This document shows, piece after piece, positions 35,617-45,512 of a stretch of 60,915 bases of DNA. Below the pieces are notes generated by a model, which did not search any database, was not told where the DNA came from, and was given only the letters and a program-made list of their open reading frames with translations. Made by a program: the position numbers and the translations under genes. The stretch's first letter is position 1, and each line of letters opens with the position of its first letter. The stretch lies in the NCBI GenBank assembly GCA_017470785.1, contig JAFUXM010000043.1, positions 1 through 60,915 of the forward strand. The letters are read 5' to 3'. This stretch comes from Synergistaceae bacterium (GTDB lineage Bacteria > Synergistota > Synergistia > Synergistales > Aminobacteriaceae).

Positions 35617-36057
35617 GTGAAGAATAGATCGCTGTTTATACTTCTATTAATATTATTTACGCTCGGGCTGATTGCCTTAATTTTCTGGGCAGTTGAACGG
35701 AGCAGCGTCAATCCCAAACAGAGCTTTATGATGTCCAATGTCTCTATAAGCATTGATTTCGAAGACCATCAGTTTTTGGCCGGCACGATTTCACGTTTCG
35801 AGTACGGCACAAGGCAGGTATGTATGCGTTTTGATTATTCAAGATTAGAGAACGACTTGCCGGTTCGAGTTATATGGGATCATGATTCAAAACGAGTTCA
35901 GGCTGAAAGCTACACGCTCACTGCTCCGTATGGCACGAGAATTTTTTGTTTATTGAAAGAGGACGGCTCGCCTTTGCCTAAAGGCTCTTACTCGGTAGCT
36001 GTGCAGCCGGAAACTCAGCGCACGGCCATGCCTAAATTCCATTTTGAGATTTATTAA
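35617..36057 (+). CDS. Membrane-anchored hypothetical protein (146 aa)
   Basis: GTG start and a single N-terminal TM helix. No recognisable family. Confidence 0.45.
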   Translation: MKNRSLFILLLILFTLGLIALIFWAVERSSVNPKQSFMMSNVSISIDFEDHQFLAGTISRFEYGTRQVCMRFDYSRLENDLPVRVIWDHDSKRVQAESYTLTAPYGTRIFCLLKEDGSPLPKGSYSVAVQPETQRTAMPKFHFEIY

Positions 36058-36085
36058 TTAATTATTTTATGAGGTGATATTTTAA

Positions 36086-36130
36086 ATGGTAAATTTTAAT
36101 TTTAAGCACTGGGGCGTCAGCCGCCCATGA
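36086..36130 (+). promoter_or_regulatory. 14-codon upstream ORF (MVNFNFKHWGVSRP) translationally coupled to rho
   Basis: Strong SD gaggtga (36071-36077) lies 8 nt before the ATG at 36086. The uORF stop TGA (36128-36130) overlaps the rho ATG (36127-36129) as ATGA. rho has no SD of its own. Confidence 0.5.
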
Positions 36131-37698
36131 TAGCGAGAGCAGAGAAAATCATAAAGATCATCAACGAGGACGCGCCGGATTTAGTAATAGACAGCAACAA
36201 TCAGCTTGAACTTCTCAAAAGCAGTATTGAACCAGTCATCGAGATCGACATAAAATCTTTAAATTCTTTAAAAACGCCTGAGCCAGAGCAGAATAAAATC
36301 AGCGAAGAAAATTTATTAAATAAAGATATTAAAGATATTAAAGAAAATAGAGAAATTGCAGAGCCGCAAGTTTCGCAAATTTCGCAAGTTCAAGATAATA
36401 ATAATAGATACGCGCCGCGGGAATTTATATCGCATCCCAAGCCTAAATATACTTACTCGTATTTAGGTGAGCAGAATTCGAGCGAGTTAAAATCCCTTGC
36501 TAAAGATTTTGGAGTAGCAAATTATTTTAATTTACGCAAAGATGATTTGATATTCGCGATATTAAAGGCGCAGGCCGAGAGCATGGGCTATAGGTTCGGC
36601 GGCGGCACGCTTGAGATATTGCCCGAGAGCGGCGGCTTTGGATTTTTAAGGCCGAAGGGTATGCTGCCGACGGACAGCGACGTTTATTTATCGGCCTCGC
36701 AGATTAGACGCTTTGGCTTGCGTAACGGCGATGTTGTATGGGGATTGATAAGGCCGCCGCGTGAGCCGCAGGAGCATTATGAAGCTTTATTGCGCGTTGA
36801 GACCGTAAATTTCTCTGACCCTGAAGAGTCAAGGCGCAGGCCGTTATTTGCAAATTTAACGCCGATATTCCCGAATAAGCGCATAGATTTAGATTCAGCC
36901 TCACGCGATTTGTCGACGCGTTTGGTCGATATGTTCGCGCCGATTGGCCTTGGCCAAAGGGCATTGATAGTATCGCCGCCGAAGGCCGGTAAGACTACGC
37001 TGCTTAAGAATATCGCCCGTGCGATTGCAGAGAGTTCGCAGGACATTATATTAATGGCTTTATTAATAGACGAGCGGCCTGAAGAAGTGACGGATATATC
37101 GCGGTCGATAGAGGGCGAAGTGATAGCGTCGACGTTTGACCGCCCTGCTGACGAGCATATACGCGTTGCAAATCTTGCGCTTGAGAAAGCTAAAAGGCTT
37201 GTTGAGGCAAAGCGCGATGTAGTTATATTATTAGACTCGATAACGCGGCTTGCCCGAGCGTCGAACTTAACAGTGCCGCCGTCGGGCAGAACTTTAACCG
37301 GCGGTCTTGATCCGTCCGGACTTTATTTTCCCAAGAGATTTTTCGGCGCGGCAAGAAATTTCGAAGAGGGCGGCAGCTTGACTATAATCGGCACGGCCTT
37401 AGTCGAAACAGGCAGCCGTATGGACGATGTCATATACGAAGAGTTTAAAGGCACGGGCAATATGGAGCTGCACTTGTCACGCCAGCTGTCGGAACAGCGG
37501 ATTTTCCCGGCAATAGATATTATTCGTTCGGGTACGAGACGCGAGGATTTATTAATCGATGCCGAAGATTTATCGAGGCTCTGGGTGCTGCGCAAACGTT
37601 TAGCCGCTATGGATCCCGCCAGCGCATTAAATTTAATCGTTGATAGAATTAAAAAGACTAAAGACAATCACGAGTTCTTGAGATTAATAAAAGTATAA
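36127..37698 (+). CDS. rho: Transcription termination factor Rho with an N-terminal extension of about 113 aa
   Basis: Canonical Rho starts near residue 114 (ELKSLAKDFGV...DLIFAILKAQ). It has the RNA-binding CSD, P-loop PPKAGKT and DSITRLARA. The first ~113 aa are low-complexity and rich in N/K/E/I. Confidence 0.93.
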   Translation: MIARAEKIIKIINEDAPDLVIDSNNQLELLKSSIEPVIEIDIKSLNSLKTPEPEQNKISEENLLNKDIKDIKENREIAEPQVSQISQVQDNNNRYAPREFISHPKPKYTYSYLGEQNSSELKSLAKDFGVANYFNLRKDDLIFAILKAQAESMGYRFGGGTLEILPESGGFGFLRPKGMLPTDSDVYLSASQIRRFGLRNGDVVWGLIRPPREPQEHYEALLRVETVNFSDPEESRRRPLFANLTPIFPNKRIDLDSASRDLSTRLVDMFAPIGLGQRALIVSPPKAGKTTLLKNIARAIAESSQDIILMALLIDERPEEVTDISRSIEGEVIASTFDRPADEHIRVANLALEKAKRLVEAKRDVVILLDSITRLARASNLTVPPSGRTLTGGLDPSGLYFPKRFFGAARNFEEGGSLTIIGTALVETGSRMDDVIYEEFKGTGNMELHLSRQLSEQRIFPAIDIIRSGTRREDLLIDAEDLSRLWVLRKRLAAMDPASALNLIVDRIKKTKDNHEFLRLIKV

Positions 37699-37723
37699 AA
37701 ATTTAAGACAGGAGATGTGAGAG

Positions 37724-39055
37724 ATGATCGCGAGATACAGCGAGAAGGACATTGCTGCGCTCTGGGACGAAGAGAATAGATTAAAGATTATGCTTGACGT
37801 TGAGCTTGCAGTTGCGAAAGCATGGTGCGAGCTTGGCCGCATTCCCAAAGATGCGCTTGAAGATATATTAGCCAAGGCAGCCTTCACGGTCGAGAGAGTG
37901 CAGGAAATCGAGAAGAAGACGCAGCATGATGTCGTAGCGTTTGTAAGTGCAGTGGCTGAGAATGTAGGAGCGAGCGGCAAATATTTGCATTTAGGCATGA
38001 CGTCAAGCGATATATTGGACACGGCAAGCTCTATGATGCTGCGCGACTCGTTAATAATAATTTTAGACGCGCTGAAAAATTTAGATATAGAAATATTAAA
38101 GCTTGCTAAAAAATATCAGCACTTGCCCTGCATAGGCCGCACTCACGGCATTCACGCCGAGCCGATGTCAATGGGATTAAAATTTTTGAATTGGCATTCT
38201 GAGTTAAAGCGTGATCAAGAGCGTTTAGAGCTTGCGAAAGATCATGTTTCAGTAGGAAAAATTTCCGGTGCGGTCGGCACTTACGCGATGAGTTCGCCCG
38301 AGCTTGAAGTCAAAGTATGCGGGCTGTTGAATTTAACGCCTGCTAAAGTCTCTAATCAGATTTTGCAGCGCGACAGACATGCTGAAATATTAAATGCGCT
38401 GGCTATATTAGGCGGGACGCTTGAACGCATTGCGCTTGAGATACGGCACTTGCAGCGCACTGAAGTTCAAGAGGCTTTTGAACCGTTTGGAGTTGGTCAG
38501 AAAGGCTCGAGTGCGATGCCTCATAAGCGCAACCCCATTAAGTGTGAAAGAATTTGCGGCATGGCAAGGCTGCTGCGCGGCTATGCTTTGACCGGCATGG
38601 AGAACATAGCTCTATGGCACGAGCGCGACATAAGCCATTCGTCGACTGAGCGCGTGATATGGCCTGATGCGTTTAATATCGCGGCGTTCATGCTCCGTAG
38701 CCTGACGAAAATTTTAAAAGGCTTGAGCGTAGATGAAAATCGGGTTAAGTCTGATTTAAATATCACCGGCGGACTTGTTTACAGCCAGCGCGTTTTAACG
38801 TTTTTACTTGATGAGCTTAATTTCTCGCGTGAGGCAGCATATGCGATAGTTCAAGAGAACGCAATGAAGACTGCGCAGTGTCAGGCTCGCGTAAGCTTCT
38901 TAGATATGTTATTAAGCGACGAGCGTTTGAAAGATGCTGTCGAGCCTGAAAAAATTAAAGAGCTGTTTGAAAATGACTTTTATTTAAGATTTGTCGACGA
39001 GATATTTAATCGCTTCGCCGAGGACTTTGAAATTATTAAATCAGCTGATGAGTAA
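37724..39055 (+). CDS. purB: Adenylosuccinate lyase
   Basis: Fumarate-lyase signature GSSAMPHKRNP and a purB-type N-terminus (RYSEKDIAALW). Confidence 0.93.
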   Translation: MIARYSEKDIAALWDEENRLKIMLDVELAVAKAWCELGRIPKDALEDILAKAAFTVERVQEIEKKTQHDVVAFVSAVAENVGASGKYLHLGMTSSDILDTASSMMLRDSLIIILDALKNLDIEILKLAKKYQHLPCIGRTHGIHAEPMSMGLKFLNWHSELKRDQERLELAKDHVSVGKISGAVGTYAMSSPELEVKVCGLLNLTPAKVSNQILQRDRHAEILNALAILGGTLERIALEIRHLQRTEVQEAFEPFGVGQKGSSAMPHKRNPIKCERICGMARLLRGYALTGMENIALWHERDISHSSTERVIWPDAFNIAAFMLRSLTKILKGLSVDENRVKSDLNITGGLVYSQRVLTFLLDELNFSREAAYAIVQENAMKTAQCQARVSFLDMLLSDERLKDAVEPEKIKELFENDFYLRFVDEIFNRFAEDFEIIKSADE

Positions 39056-39075
39056 TATAAATCAGGCGCAGCCTA

Positions 39076-39161
39076 TTAATTTTTGCATGAAAGTCTATGG
39101 CTGCCACCGGCATAGCCGGCTTCCCAGCGGGATGAATGTCTATGACAGCGATAAAGTTTAA
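39076..39161 (+). pseudogene. Duplicated fragment of the miaB 5' end interrupted by a 25-nt insert; forms an in-frame 24-codon mini-ORF (39087..39161)
   Basis: ttaatttttgcatgaaagtctatggctgcca + ccggcatagccggcttcccagcggg + atgaatgtctatgacagcgataaagtt. This matches miaB 39197-39254 apart from 3 substitutions and the insert. Confidence 0.8.
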
Positions 39162-39193
39162 TTTAAGATTTAAAAATTTTAAAAATAATTAAT

Positions 39194-40522
39194 ATGTTTA
39201 ATTTTTGCATGAAAGTTTACGGCTGCCAAATGAACGTCTATGACAGCGATAAAGTTAAAAATGCTTTGTTATTAAAGGGTTGGAATGAGATTGCGCCGGA
39301 GCGTGAAGAAGAGGCTGATTTAATTATTATAACGGGCTGCAGCGTGAGGGCGAAGGCCGAGCAGAAAGTTTGGAGCGAGCTGGGGCGTTACGAGAAATTT
39401 AAAAAGCGGCCGGTGCTGGCGTTGACCGGCTGCATCGCTCAGAGCTTAGGCAAAAAGGCATTGACGCGCTTTAACTGGGTTAAGCTTGTATCAGGGCCGC
39501 GGCATATAGGCTTATTGCCTGACGCGCTTGAAAAAGTCATGTTAAATAATAATTTAAAAATTAATTTGCTTGACGATAATCCCAGAGAGTTTTTTGACTT
39601 GGACGAGGTGACTATACGGCGCGACAATAAATATAAGGCGTATGTGACTATTGCGCACGGCTGCGATAATTTCTGTACGTATTGCATAGTGCCGTACGTC
39701 CGCGGCAGATTTTTATCCCGCAAGCCCGAAGATATATTAAACGAGATAAAAATTTTAGTTCAGGACGGAGTGCGTGAGGTAACTTTACTTGGTCAGAACG
39801 TTAATAGCTACGGCAAAGATTTAGGCGATATAAATTTTGCCGGATTATTAAGGCAAGTTGTTGAGGTCGATGGGCTTGACTTGATTAGATTTGTAACGTC
39901 ATTGCCGCAGGACTTCACGCGTGAGATTGCAGAGGTGATGGCAAGCGAGCCTAAAATTTGCCCGTCGTTAAATCTTCCGGTGCAAAACGGTTCAGACAGG
40001 ATTTTAAAATTAATGAACCGTAAATATACCCGAGCTGAGTATCTTGAAAAAGTCAGCATGATTAGAAGTTTATTGCCTGAGCTTGGCCTAACGACTGATT
40101 TAATCGTCGGCTTCCCGTCCGAGACTGAACAGGACTTTGAAGATTCTTTAAGCATATTGCGGGAAGTTAAATTTGACATGGTGCACAGCGCGGCTTATTC
40201 AGAACGTGAGGGAACACCGGCGGCTGTAATGTCCGGCGCATTGCCGCAGGAGCTGAGGCTTGAGAGATTGACGCGGTTAAATACTTTACAGGATGAAATT
40301 ACTTTAAGCATTAATAAAGATTTAATTAATCGAGAGTATAGAATTTTAGCTGACGGCCTTGCGCCTAAGCAAAATGAAAGCAAGACTTTATTGCAGGGCA
40401 GGACTGGTACAGACAAAGTTGTGATATTTGACGGAAAAGGCAATAAAGATTTGATTGGAAATTTTGTGAATGTTAAGATAACTGATGCCGAGTCGTGGTG
40501 CCTGCACGGTGAATTAATTTAA
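39194..40522 (+). CDS. miaB: tRNA-2-methylthio-N6-dimethylallyladenosine synthase MiaB
   Basis: UPF0004 N-domain YGCQMNVYDS, radical SAM motif CDNFCTYC and a TRAM C-terminus. The ATG at 39209 is an alternative start. Confidence 0.92.
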   Translation: MFNFCMKVYGCQMNVYDSDKVKNALLLKGWNEIAPEREEEADLIIITGCSVRAKAEQKVWSELGRYEKFKKRPVLALTGCIAQSLGKKALTRFNWVKLVSGPRHIGLLPDALEKVMLNNNLKINLLDDNPREFFDLDEVTIRRDNKYKAYVTIAHGCDNFCTYCIVPYVRGRFLSRKPEDILNEIKILVQDGVREVTLLGQNVNSYGKDLGDINFAGLLRQVVEVDGLDLIRFVTSLPQDFTREIAEVMASEPKICPSLNLPVQNGSDRILKLMNRKYTRAEYLEKVSMIRSLLPELGLTTDLIVGFPSETEQDFEDSLSILREVKFDMVHSAAYSEREGTPAAVMSGALPQELRLERLTRLNTLQDEITLSINKDLINREYRILADGLAPKQNESKTLLQGRTGTDKVVIFDGKGNKDLIGNFVNVKITDAESWCLHGELI

Positions 40523-40548
40523 TTTTAAAAATTTTATAAATTATAAAT

Positions 40549-40591
40549 AAAAAATGCGCTTGCTGAAAATTTTGGAGCAAGCGATTTTTTT
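40549..40591. terminator. Bidirectional terminator between miaB (+) and selB (-)
   Basis: cgcttgct (40557-40564) / agcaagcg (40576-40583), flanked by an A-run and a T7 run. Confidence 0.75.
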
Positions 40592-40625
40592 ATTATTATA
40601 GTCTTGATGGCCGCGTTTAATAAAA

Positions 40626-42608
40626 TTATTTAATAATCCTTGCGTCGCCGACCCGTCTCGTCAGGCCTTTGGAGTCAAAGTATTCAAGTATGGGCAAAAT
40701 AAATTTGCGGCTCGTGCCGGTAGCATCGCGGGCAGCTGCAAGCGTAACGCCATTATCGCCGCTCAAGCTCCGCAAAATCTCAAGCGTCTTGTCCTCAAGT
40801 TCCCGCGTCAAAATATAATTGCCCTCAAGTATGGCTATGCCCTTGGAATTTTTGAGAGCTTGTATTAAATTATTAAATTCTTTTATATTATTTAAATTTA
40901 AATTCGCTCTGGCCTCGTCAAGCGTCGCGAGCTGCCACGCGCGTTTATTGCAAAAATCTTTCAGCGCTGCCGCCTGCTTTTCAAAGCTGTCAGAACTCGA
41001 TGCCTTAAAGTCCGGCAGCCGTAATTTATTGTCTTCAAGCTCTAATAATTTATTCGCCTGCATTAAGTTAATTAGCGACTTTAAAATTTTAGAGCTTGCA
41101 AACTCGTTAAGCTTAAGCGCATTATTAACCGGCATACCTGCCTCAGCCGGAAAATCCTTGTGATATTGCTTGATTAAATTTAATAAAACTTCGCATAACT
41201 CTTTATATCTCTCGTGCGAAATATAAATATCTATATCACCCTTAAGCTCTATAAATTTATTTTGCTTGATTAAATTTGCAGCTATATTAATTAAATTGCT
41301 TTGAGTTTCCTGCGTGTTAATCGCTGCAGCCTTAACGTCAAGCTCGCCCAAATCTAAAATTAAACTTTCAAGCCGCTTGCTTGCACTGTTTGCGTTGCGT
41401 AAAGCTTCAATGCGGCCTAAAGTCTTAAGCCGTGCCTTCATGCCCCGGGGCTTGTGCGAATACGGATATATAACAGTGCCGCCGCCGATAGTTATCAACG
41501 GGCTGTAAAATCTCAAGATAAATTTCTGATTATACGCGCAGACAATCGGCTCTTCGAGAACTAACTGCGCCGGAGCTTGCTGGCCTTTAGCGACTTGCTT
41601 TGAATTTAACAGCGAGACATGCGCTAACACTTCACTCGTGCCGATGCAGACGTGAACGCGCTGCCAGTGCCTTAACGGCTGCTCTGTATTATTTAATAAA
41701 GTTATTATCGCGTCAAAGCAAGATGTCTTAGCGTAAACACCGTGAGAGCAAATTACATCGCCGCGCTTCAAATCATCTACTGAGATATTAGCTAAGTTAG
41801 CTGCGACGCGCTGGCCTGCGCAGGCTTGACTTACCGGCTTGCCGTGAACCTGCAGCGTCCTGATCTTGCCCTTAAGTCCCGACGGCAATATATCTATCTC
41901 GTCGCCGGTATTAGCGATGCCGTGATAAGCCGTTCCGGTTATGACAGTGCCGAAGCCCGAAATCGGAAACGACCTGTCAACCGGTAAGAATAATGCGCCG
42001 CCGCGCGGCCTCGGCTTCACCCTGTCAATCAAGCTTGCAATTTCCTTACGCAATAAATCTAAATTCTCGCCCGTCACTCCAGATACCGGCACAACCGGCT
42101 TGCCTTCAAGAAACGTACCTTTCACAAAATCTTTTATATCTTCTATTGCAAGCTCTAATAATTCCGGCTCGTCTTTAATTCTATCTATTTTAGTGACAGC
42201 TATTAAGCCTTCATGAACGCCTAACAGCTCCATTATCGCTAAATGCTCGCGGGTCTGAGGCATGACGCTTTCGTCAGCTGCTATGACTAACAACGCCGCG
42301 TCTATTCCAGAGGCACCGGCGACCATCTGCCTAATAAATTTCTCATGACCCGGCACGTCTATTACGCTCACGACCCGCCCATCATCAAGCTCAAGCGGCG
42401 CAAAGCCTAACTCAATCGTGATGCCGCGCTTCTTCTCTTCTGACAATCTATCAAGTTTAGACGCGTCTATGCCCGTCAAGGCAGCTATCAAAGTCGTCTT
42501 GCCGTGGTCTATATGGCCGGCTGTGCCTAACACCAACGAGATTTCACGCGAATTATTTTCATTACTATTATTTTCACTATTATTCATTACCAATAAAAAT
42601 CTCCTCAA
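40626..42608 (-). CDS. selB: Selenocysteine-specific elongation factor SelB
   Basis: GTPase motifs GHIDHGKT and DVPGHE, EF-Tu-like domains II and III, and a long winged-helix C-terminus. Sits directly downstream of selA. The ATG at 42587 (MNNSENN...) is the likelier start. Confidence 0.9.
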   Translation of the reverse strand: MRRFLLVMNNSENNSNENNSREISLVLGTAGHIDHGKTTLIAALTGIDASKLDRLSEEKKRGITIELGFAPLELDDGRVVSVIDVPGHEKFIRQMVAGASGIDAALLVIAADESVMPQTREHLAIMELLGVHEGLIAVTKIDRIKDEPELLELAIEDIKDFVKGTFLEGKPVVPVSGVTGENLDLLRKEIASLIDRVKPRPRGGALFLPVDRSFPISGFGTVITGTAYHGIANTGDEIDILPSGLKGKIRTLQVHGKPVSQACAGQRVAANLANISVDDLKRGDVICSHGVYAKTSCFDAIITLLNNTEQPLRHWQRVHVCIGTSEVLAHVSLLNSKQVAKGQQAPAQLVLEEPIVCAYNQKFILRFYSPLITIGGGTVIYPYSHKPRGMKARLKTLGRIEALRNANSASKRLESLILDLGELDVKAAAINTQETQSNLINIAANLIKQNKFIELKGDIDIYISHERYKELCEVLLNLIKQYHKDFPAEAGMPVNNALKLNEFASSKILKSLINLMQANKLLELEDNKLRLPDFKASSSDSFEKQAAALKDFCNKRAWQLATLDEARANLNLNNIKEFNNLIQALKNSKGIAILEGNYILTRELEDKTLEILRSLSGDNGVTLAAARDATGTSRKFILPILEYFDSKGLTRRVGDARIIK

Positions 42609-44028
42609 GTCTATTAGCTATCACATTAATATCATTATCTAACAAAGTTCTAACGTGAATTATCAATGCGTTCTCATGAGCGCCGCAGATAATCGGCGTT
42701 GTATTCTCACGCATTAAATTTAGCAAGCTGCCTGCGCTGAGTTTAACGTCTGCGACGCTTGCATCGCAGCTGACTGCAACGCCCCAGCCTATCAAAGGCC
42801 GCTCAGGATACGATCCGCCGCCCACAGCATCATTAGTTTCAACGACTGCAACCCGAGCTTTATTATTAATTCGCTCTGAAATTTTTGCAGCTAAATTATC
42901 GGCCTGCTCACGCAGTAAATTTTTATCACGCCGTATCATCTCCAGCGTCGGGATTTTATCGAGTTCGCCGCGCATGTAAATTCTTAACGTCGCCTCGAAA
43001 GCCGCGAACGTTGACTTATCAACCCGTAAGGCTCTTAGCATCGGGAACTTGCGGAGCTTTGCTATAACGTCTTTCTTGCCTGCGATAACGCCTATCTGCG
43101 GGCCGCCAAGCATCTTATCGCCCGAGAACGTAATTAAATCAACGCCCTGATTTAGACATTCTTTAACGCTCGTCTCGCCGACTAAATTCAGCGTCTCGCC
43201 CGGGACTAACAGGCCGCTGCCCGCATCTTCCATAAATATTAAATTATTTTTATGTGCAAGCTCGGCAAGCTCCGAACGCTCCGGCATCGTCACAAAGCCC
43301 TCTATCCTGAAATTCGACGGATGAACTTTCAATATAATTTTAGTGTTCTCATTAATTGCGTTTTCATAATCAAATAAATGCGTGCGGTTCGTTGTGCCGA
43401 CCTCTTTTAACACAGCGCCGCCCATGGCCATTATATCCGGCACTCTGAATGAGCCGCCTATCTCGACCAGCTCGCCGCGCGACACTATCACGTCAGAATT
43501 TTTAGCTAATGCGCTCAAGCATAATAAAACTGCGCCGGCATTATTATTCACGACTAACGCGGCCTCAGCGCCGGTCATGCTGCACAATAAATTTTCGATT
43601 AACGAGTTGCGCTGCCCGCGAGTGCCGCTGTCTATGTCATACTCAAGATTAGAGTAACTATCAGCCGCTTGAGCCATCGCGTCGATCGCTTCCTGAGCAA
43701 TTAAAGAACGGCCAAGGTTTGTATGGATTACAACTCCGGTGGCGTTAATGACCCTGCGTAAATTCTTACGGGCTGCCCGCTCAAATTTCTTTATGCAGCG
43801 CGATTTTAATTCTTCTTCTATATTTATATTATCTAAATCTAAATCATTATTTAAAATATCATGCCTTAACGCAGCGAGTTCCTGATTTAAAATTTCTTTC
43901 ACGGGTTCGCGGCCAATCGCTTTAATCCAATAATCTTTAATCCAGTCCTTAAACAGCAAAGTATCCATGCCCGGTATGGCTCTCATAATTTTATTTATAT
44001 TTTTTATATTTATTTCAATTTCAAACAT
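42580..44028 (-). CDS. selA: L-seryl-tRNA(Sec) selenium transferase SelA
   Basis: PLP-lysine context [20 protein letters not shown], and the SelA N-terminal IPGMDTLL motif. An alternative start lies at 43986. Confidence 0.9.
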   Translation of the reverse strand: MFEIEINIKNINKIMRAIPGMDTLLFKDWIKDYWIKAIGREPVKEILNQELAALRHDILNNDLDLDNINIEEELKSRCIKKFERAARKNLRRVINATGVVIHTNLGRSLIAQEAIDAMAQAADSYSNLEYDIDSGTRGQRNSLIENLLCSMTGAEAALVVNNNAGAVLLCLSALAKNSDVIVSRGELVEIGGSFRVPDIMAMGGAVLKEVGTTNRTHLFDYENAINENTKIILKVHPSNFRIEGFVTMPERSELAELAHKNNLIFMEDAGSGLLVPGETLNLVGETSVKECLNQGVDLITFSGDKMLGGPQIGVIAGKKDVIAKLRKFPMLRALRVDKSTFAAFEATLRIYMRGELDKIPTLEMIRRDKNLLREQADNLAAKISERINNKARVAVVETNDAVGGGSYPERPLIGWGVAVSCDASVADVKLSAGSLLNLMRENTTPIICGAHENALIIHVRTLLDNDINVIANRLEEIFIGNE

Positions 44029-44134
44029 GATAATAAACAGCCCCTTGTAATTTATAAAAATTTTAAATTTATTTTATAATTATATTTTAATATTCAGAAT
44101 TTTTGTAATTTTTGTAAAGGAGGCGAATATTATA

Positions 44135-44308
44135 ATGGACGGTATCAGTGCGAGTATAGCGCAGTACTCGATGGACATGGCGCAGGCCAAAGTGCAGACT
44201 CAGGCGCAGGTCTCGATGCTCAAGAACGTCATGGACCTTCAAGAGGCTTCAATGGAGCAGCTCTTGGCAGGAATGGGCGTAGGCGCAGGTCTTAACGTTC
44301 AAGCGTAA
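44135..44308 (+). CDS. YjfB-family (putative motility) small protein, 57 aa; not in the supplied ORF track
   Basis: SD aaggagg lies 8-9 nt upstream of the ATG at 44135. The translation is MDGISASIAQYSMDMAQAKVQTQAQVSMLKNVMDLQEASMEQLLAGMGVGAGLNVQA, ending at TAA 44306-44308. A terminator follows. Confidence 0.7.
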   Translation: MDGISASIAQYSMDMAQAKVQTQAQVSMLKNVMDLQEASMEQLLAGMGVGAGLNVQA

Positions 44309-44330
44309 TATTTTAATTAATTAATTATTT

Positions 44331-44366
44331 AAAAAAGCCGGGTGATTTGCCCGGCTTAAATTTTAA
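44331..44366. terminator. Bidirectional terminator between the yjfB-like gene (+) and azlD (-)
   Basis: aagccggg / cccggctt 8-bp stem with a 7-nt loop, flanked by A-rich and T-rich sequence. Confidence 0.75.
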
Positions 44367-44683
44367 ATTAAATTCTGCACTATAAGCATATAGCAAGCTG
44401 TGCCGATTACAATGCTTAATAAAGTACTGCGCTTCCAGACATGTAAAATTATCACAACTAAGCACGAGATTAACTCAGGCAGTGCGTAAGGCCTGTTAAA
44501 TAATTCAGCGTCTTTAAGGCAATATACAACCAGCATTGCCATTACGGCGCAGGGCAGCACGCGGCCAAGATAAGTTATAAACTCCGGTGTTCGCTTGCTG
44601 AACGCTATGAACGGCAAAGCTCTTAATAAAAACGTCGCTGCGGCGCAGACTAAAATCATTAACATAAAATATTTATCGCTCAT
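44363..44683 (-). CDS. azlD: AzlD branched-chain amino acid transport protein
   Basis: 106-aa hydrophobic ORF immediately downstream of azlC, with a 1-nt gap. Confidence 0.8.
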   Translation of the reverse strand: MSDKYFMLMILVCAAATFLLRALPFIAFSKRTPEFITYLGRVLPCAVMAMLVVYCLKDAELFNRPYALPELISCLVVIILHVWKRSTLLSIVIGTACYMLIVQNLI

Positions 44684-44684
44684 G

Positions 44685-45374
44685 TTAATTTGCCTCGCTG
44701 AGTTTAGACCTAAGCAAAAATAAAATTATAATTATCGCAATCATGGCCGGTATCAAAAAATTTTTGCGGCCGAATGCAGCTAAGCAAATTAAGCTTGCGG
44801 CAAAGCCGGTCAAGGCTGATAAATGATTTGAGATTTTATTTTTATTATCAAGCCATTGCTCAGTGCAGATAGTTATAAATAATGCAGTGAGTGAGAAGTC
44901 CACGCCTTTAGTATTAAACGGAATGAATGCGCCGAGTAACGCGCCTAATACAGAGCCTGCGACCCAGTAAGAATGATCTAAAAGCGACACGTAAAAATAA
45001 TATTGCTCGTTGAGATTTGCATCTGCGCTTGAGACAAGCGCGTAGGTCTCGTCGGTCAGTGCATGTATCATGTAAATTTTTTTTAATTTATTTAGAATTT
45101 TATTATAGCGTTCAAGCATCGATATGCCATAGAATAAATGCCGCGCGCCCATCACTGTTGAAGTAATTGCGACTTCAGCGAGGCTCGCGCCGCTGGTCAA
45201 AAAAGTTATGAACACGAACTGCGCCGTGCCCGAGTAAATTACCACGCTCATGATAAATGCCCATAGCGCGTTATAGCCTTTAGAATTTAATAAAATCCCG
45301 AAGCCCAAGCCTAACACTAAGTAACCGGTCAAGACCGGCAGCGTATCCTTAAATGCTCTTTTAAAAATTCCCAT
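44685..45374 (-). CDS. azlC: AzlC-family branched-chain amino acid exporter subunit
   Basis: 229-aa polytopic ORF with an AzlC-like pattern (SGTAQF, ARHLFYG). Confidence 0.8.
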   Translation of the reverse strand: MGIFKRAFKDTLPVLTGYLVLGLGFGILLNSKGYNALWAFIMSVVIYSGTAQFVFITFLTSGASLAEVAITSTVMGARHLFYGISMLERYNKILNKLKKIYMIHALTDETYALVSSADANLNEQYYFYVSLLDHSYWVAGSVLGALLGAFIPFNTKGVDFSLTALFITICTEQWLDNKNKISNHLSALTGFAASLICLAAFGRKNFLIPAMIAIIIILFLLRSKLSEAN

Positions 45375-45512
45375 TCTAATTATTCACGCCTTAAATTTAA
45401 ATTTTACAAACATAATATCGTATAATAATTCTCAATTTAAATTAAATTAATTTAAAAATTTTAATTTTAAATTTATTTTATTAAAAGCTTAGTTAAAGGA
45501 GAAAAAGATTTT

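Noticed and set aside
40523-40625. Expected tRNA-Sec (selC) next to selAB
   Set aside because: The spacer contains only an AT-rich tract and a bidirectional terminator. The 44029-44134 spacer is likewise AT-rich promoter DNA.
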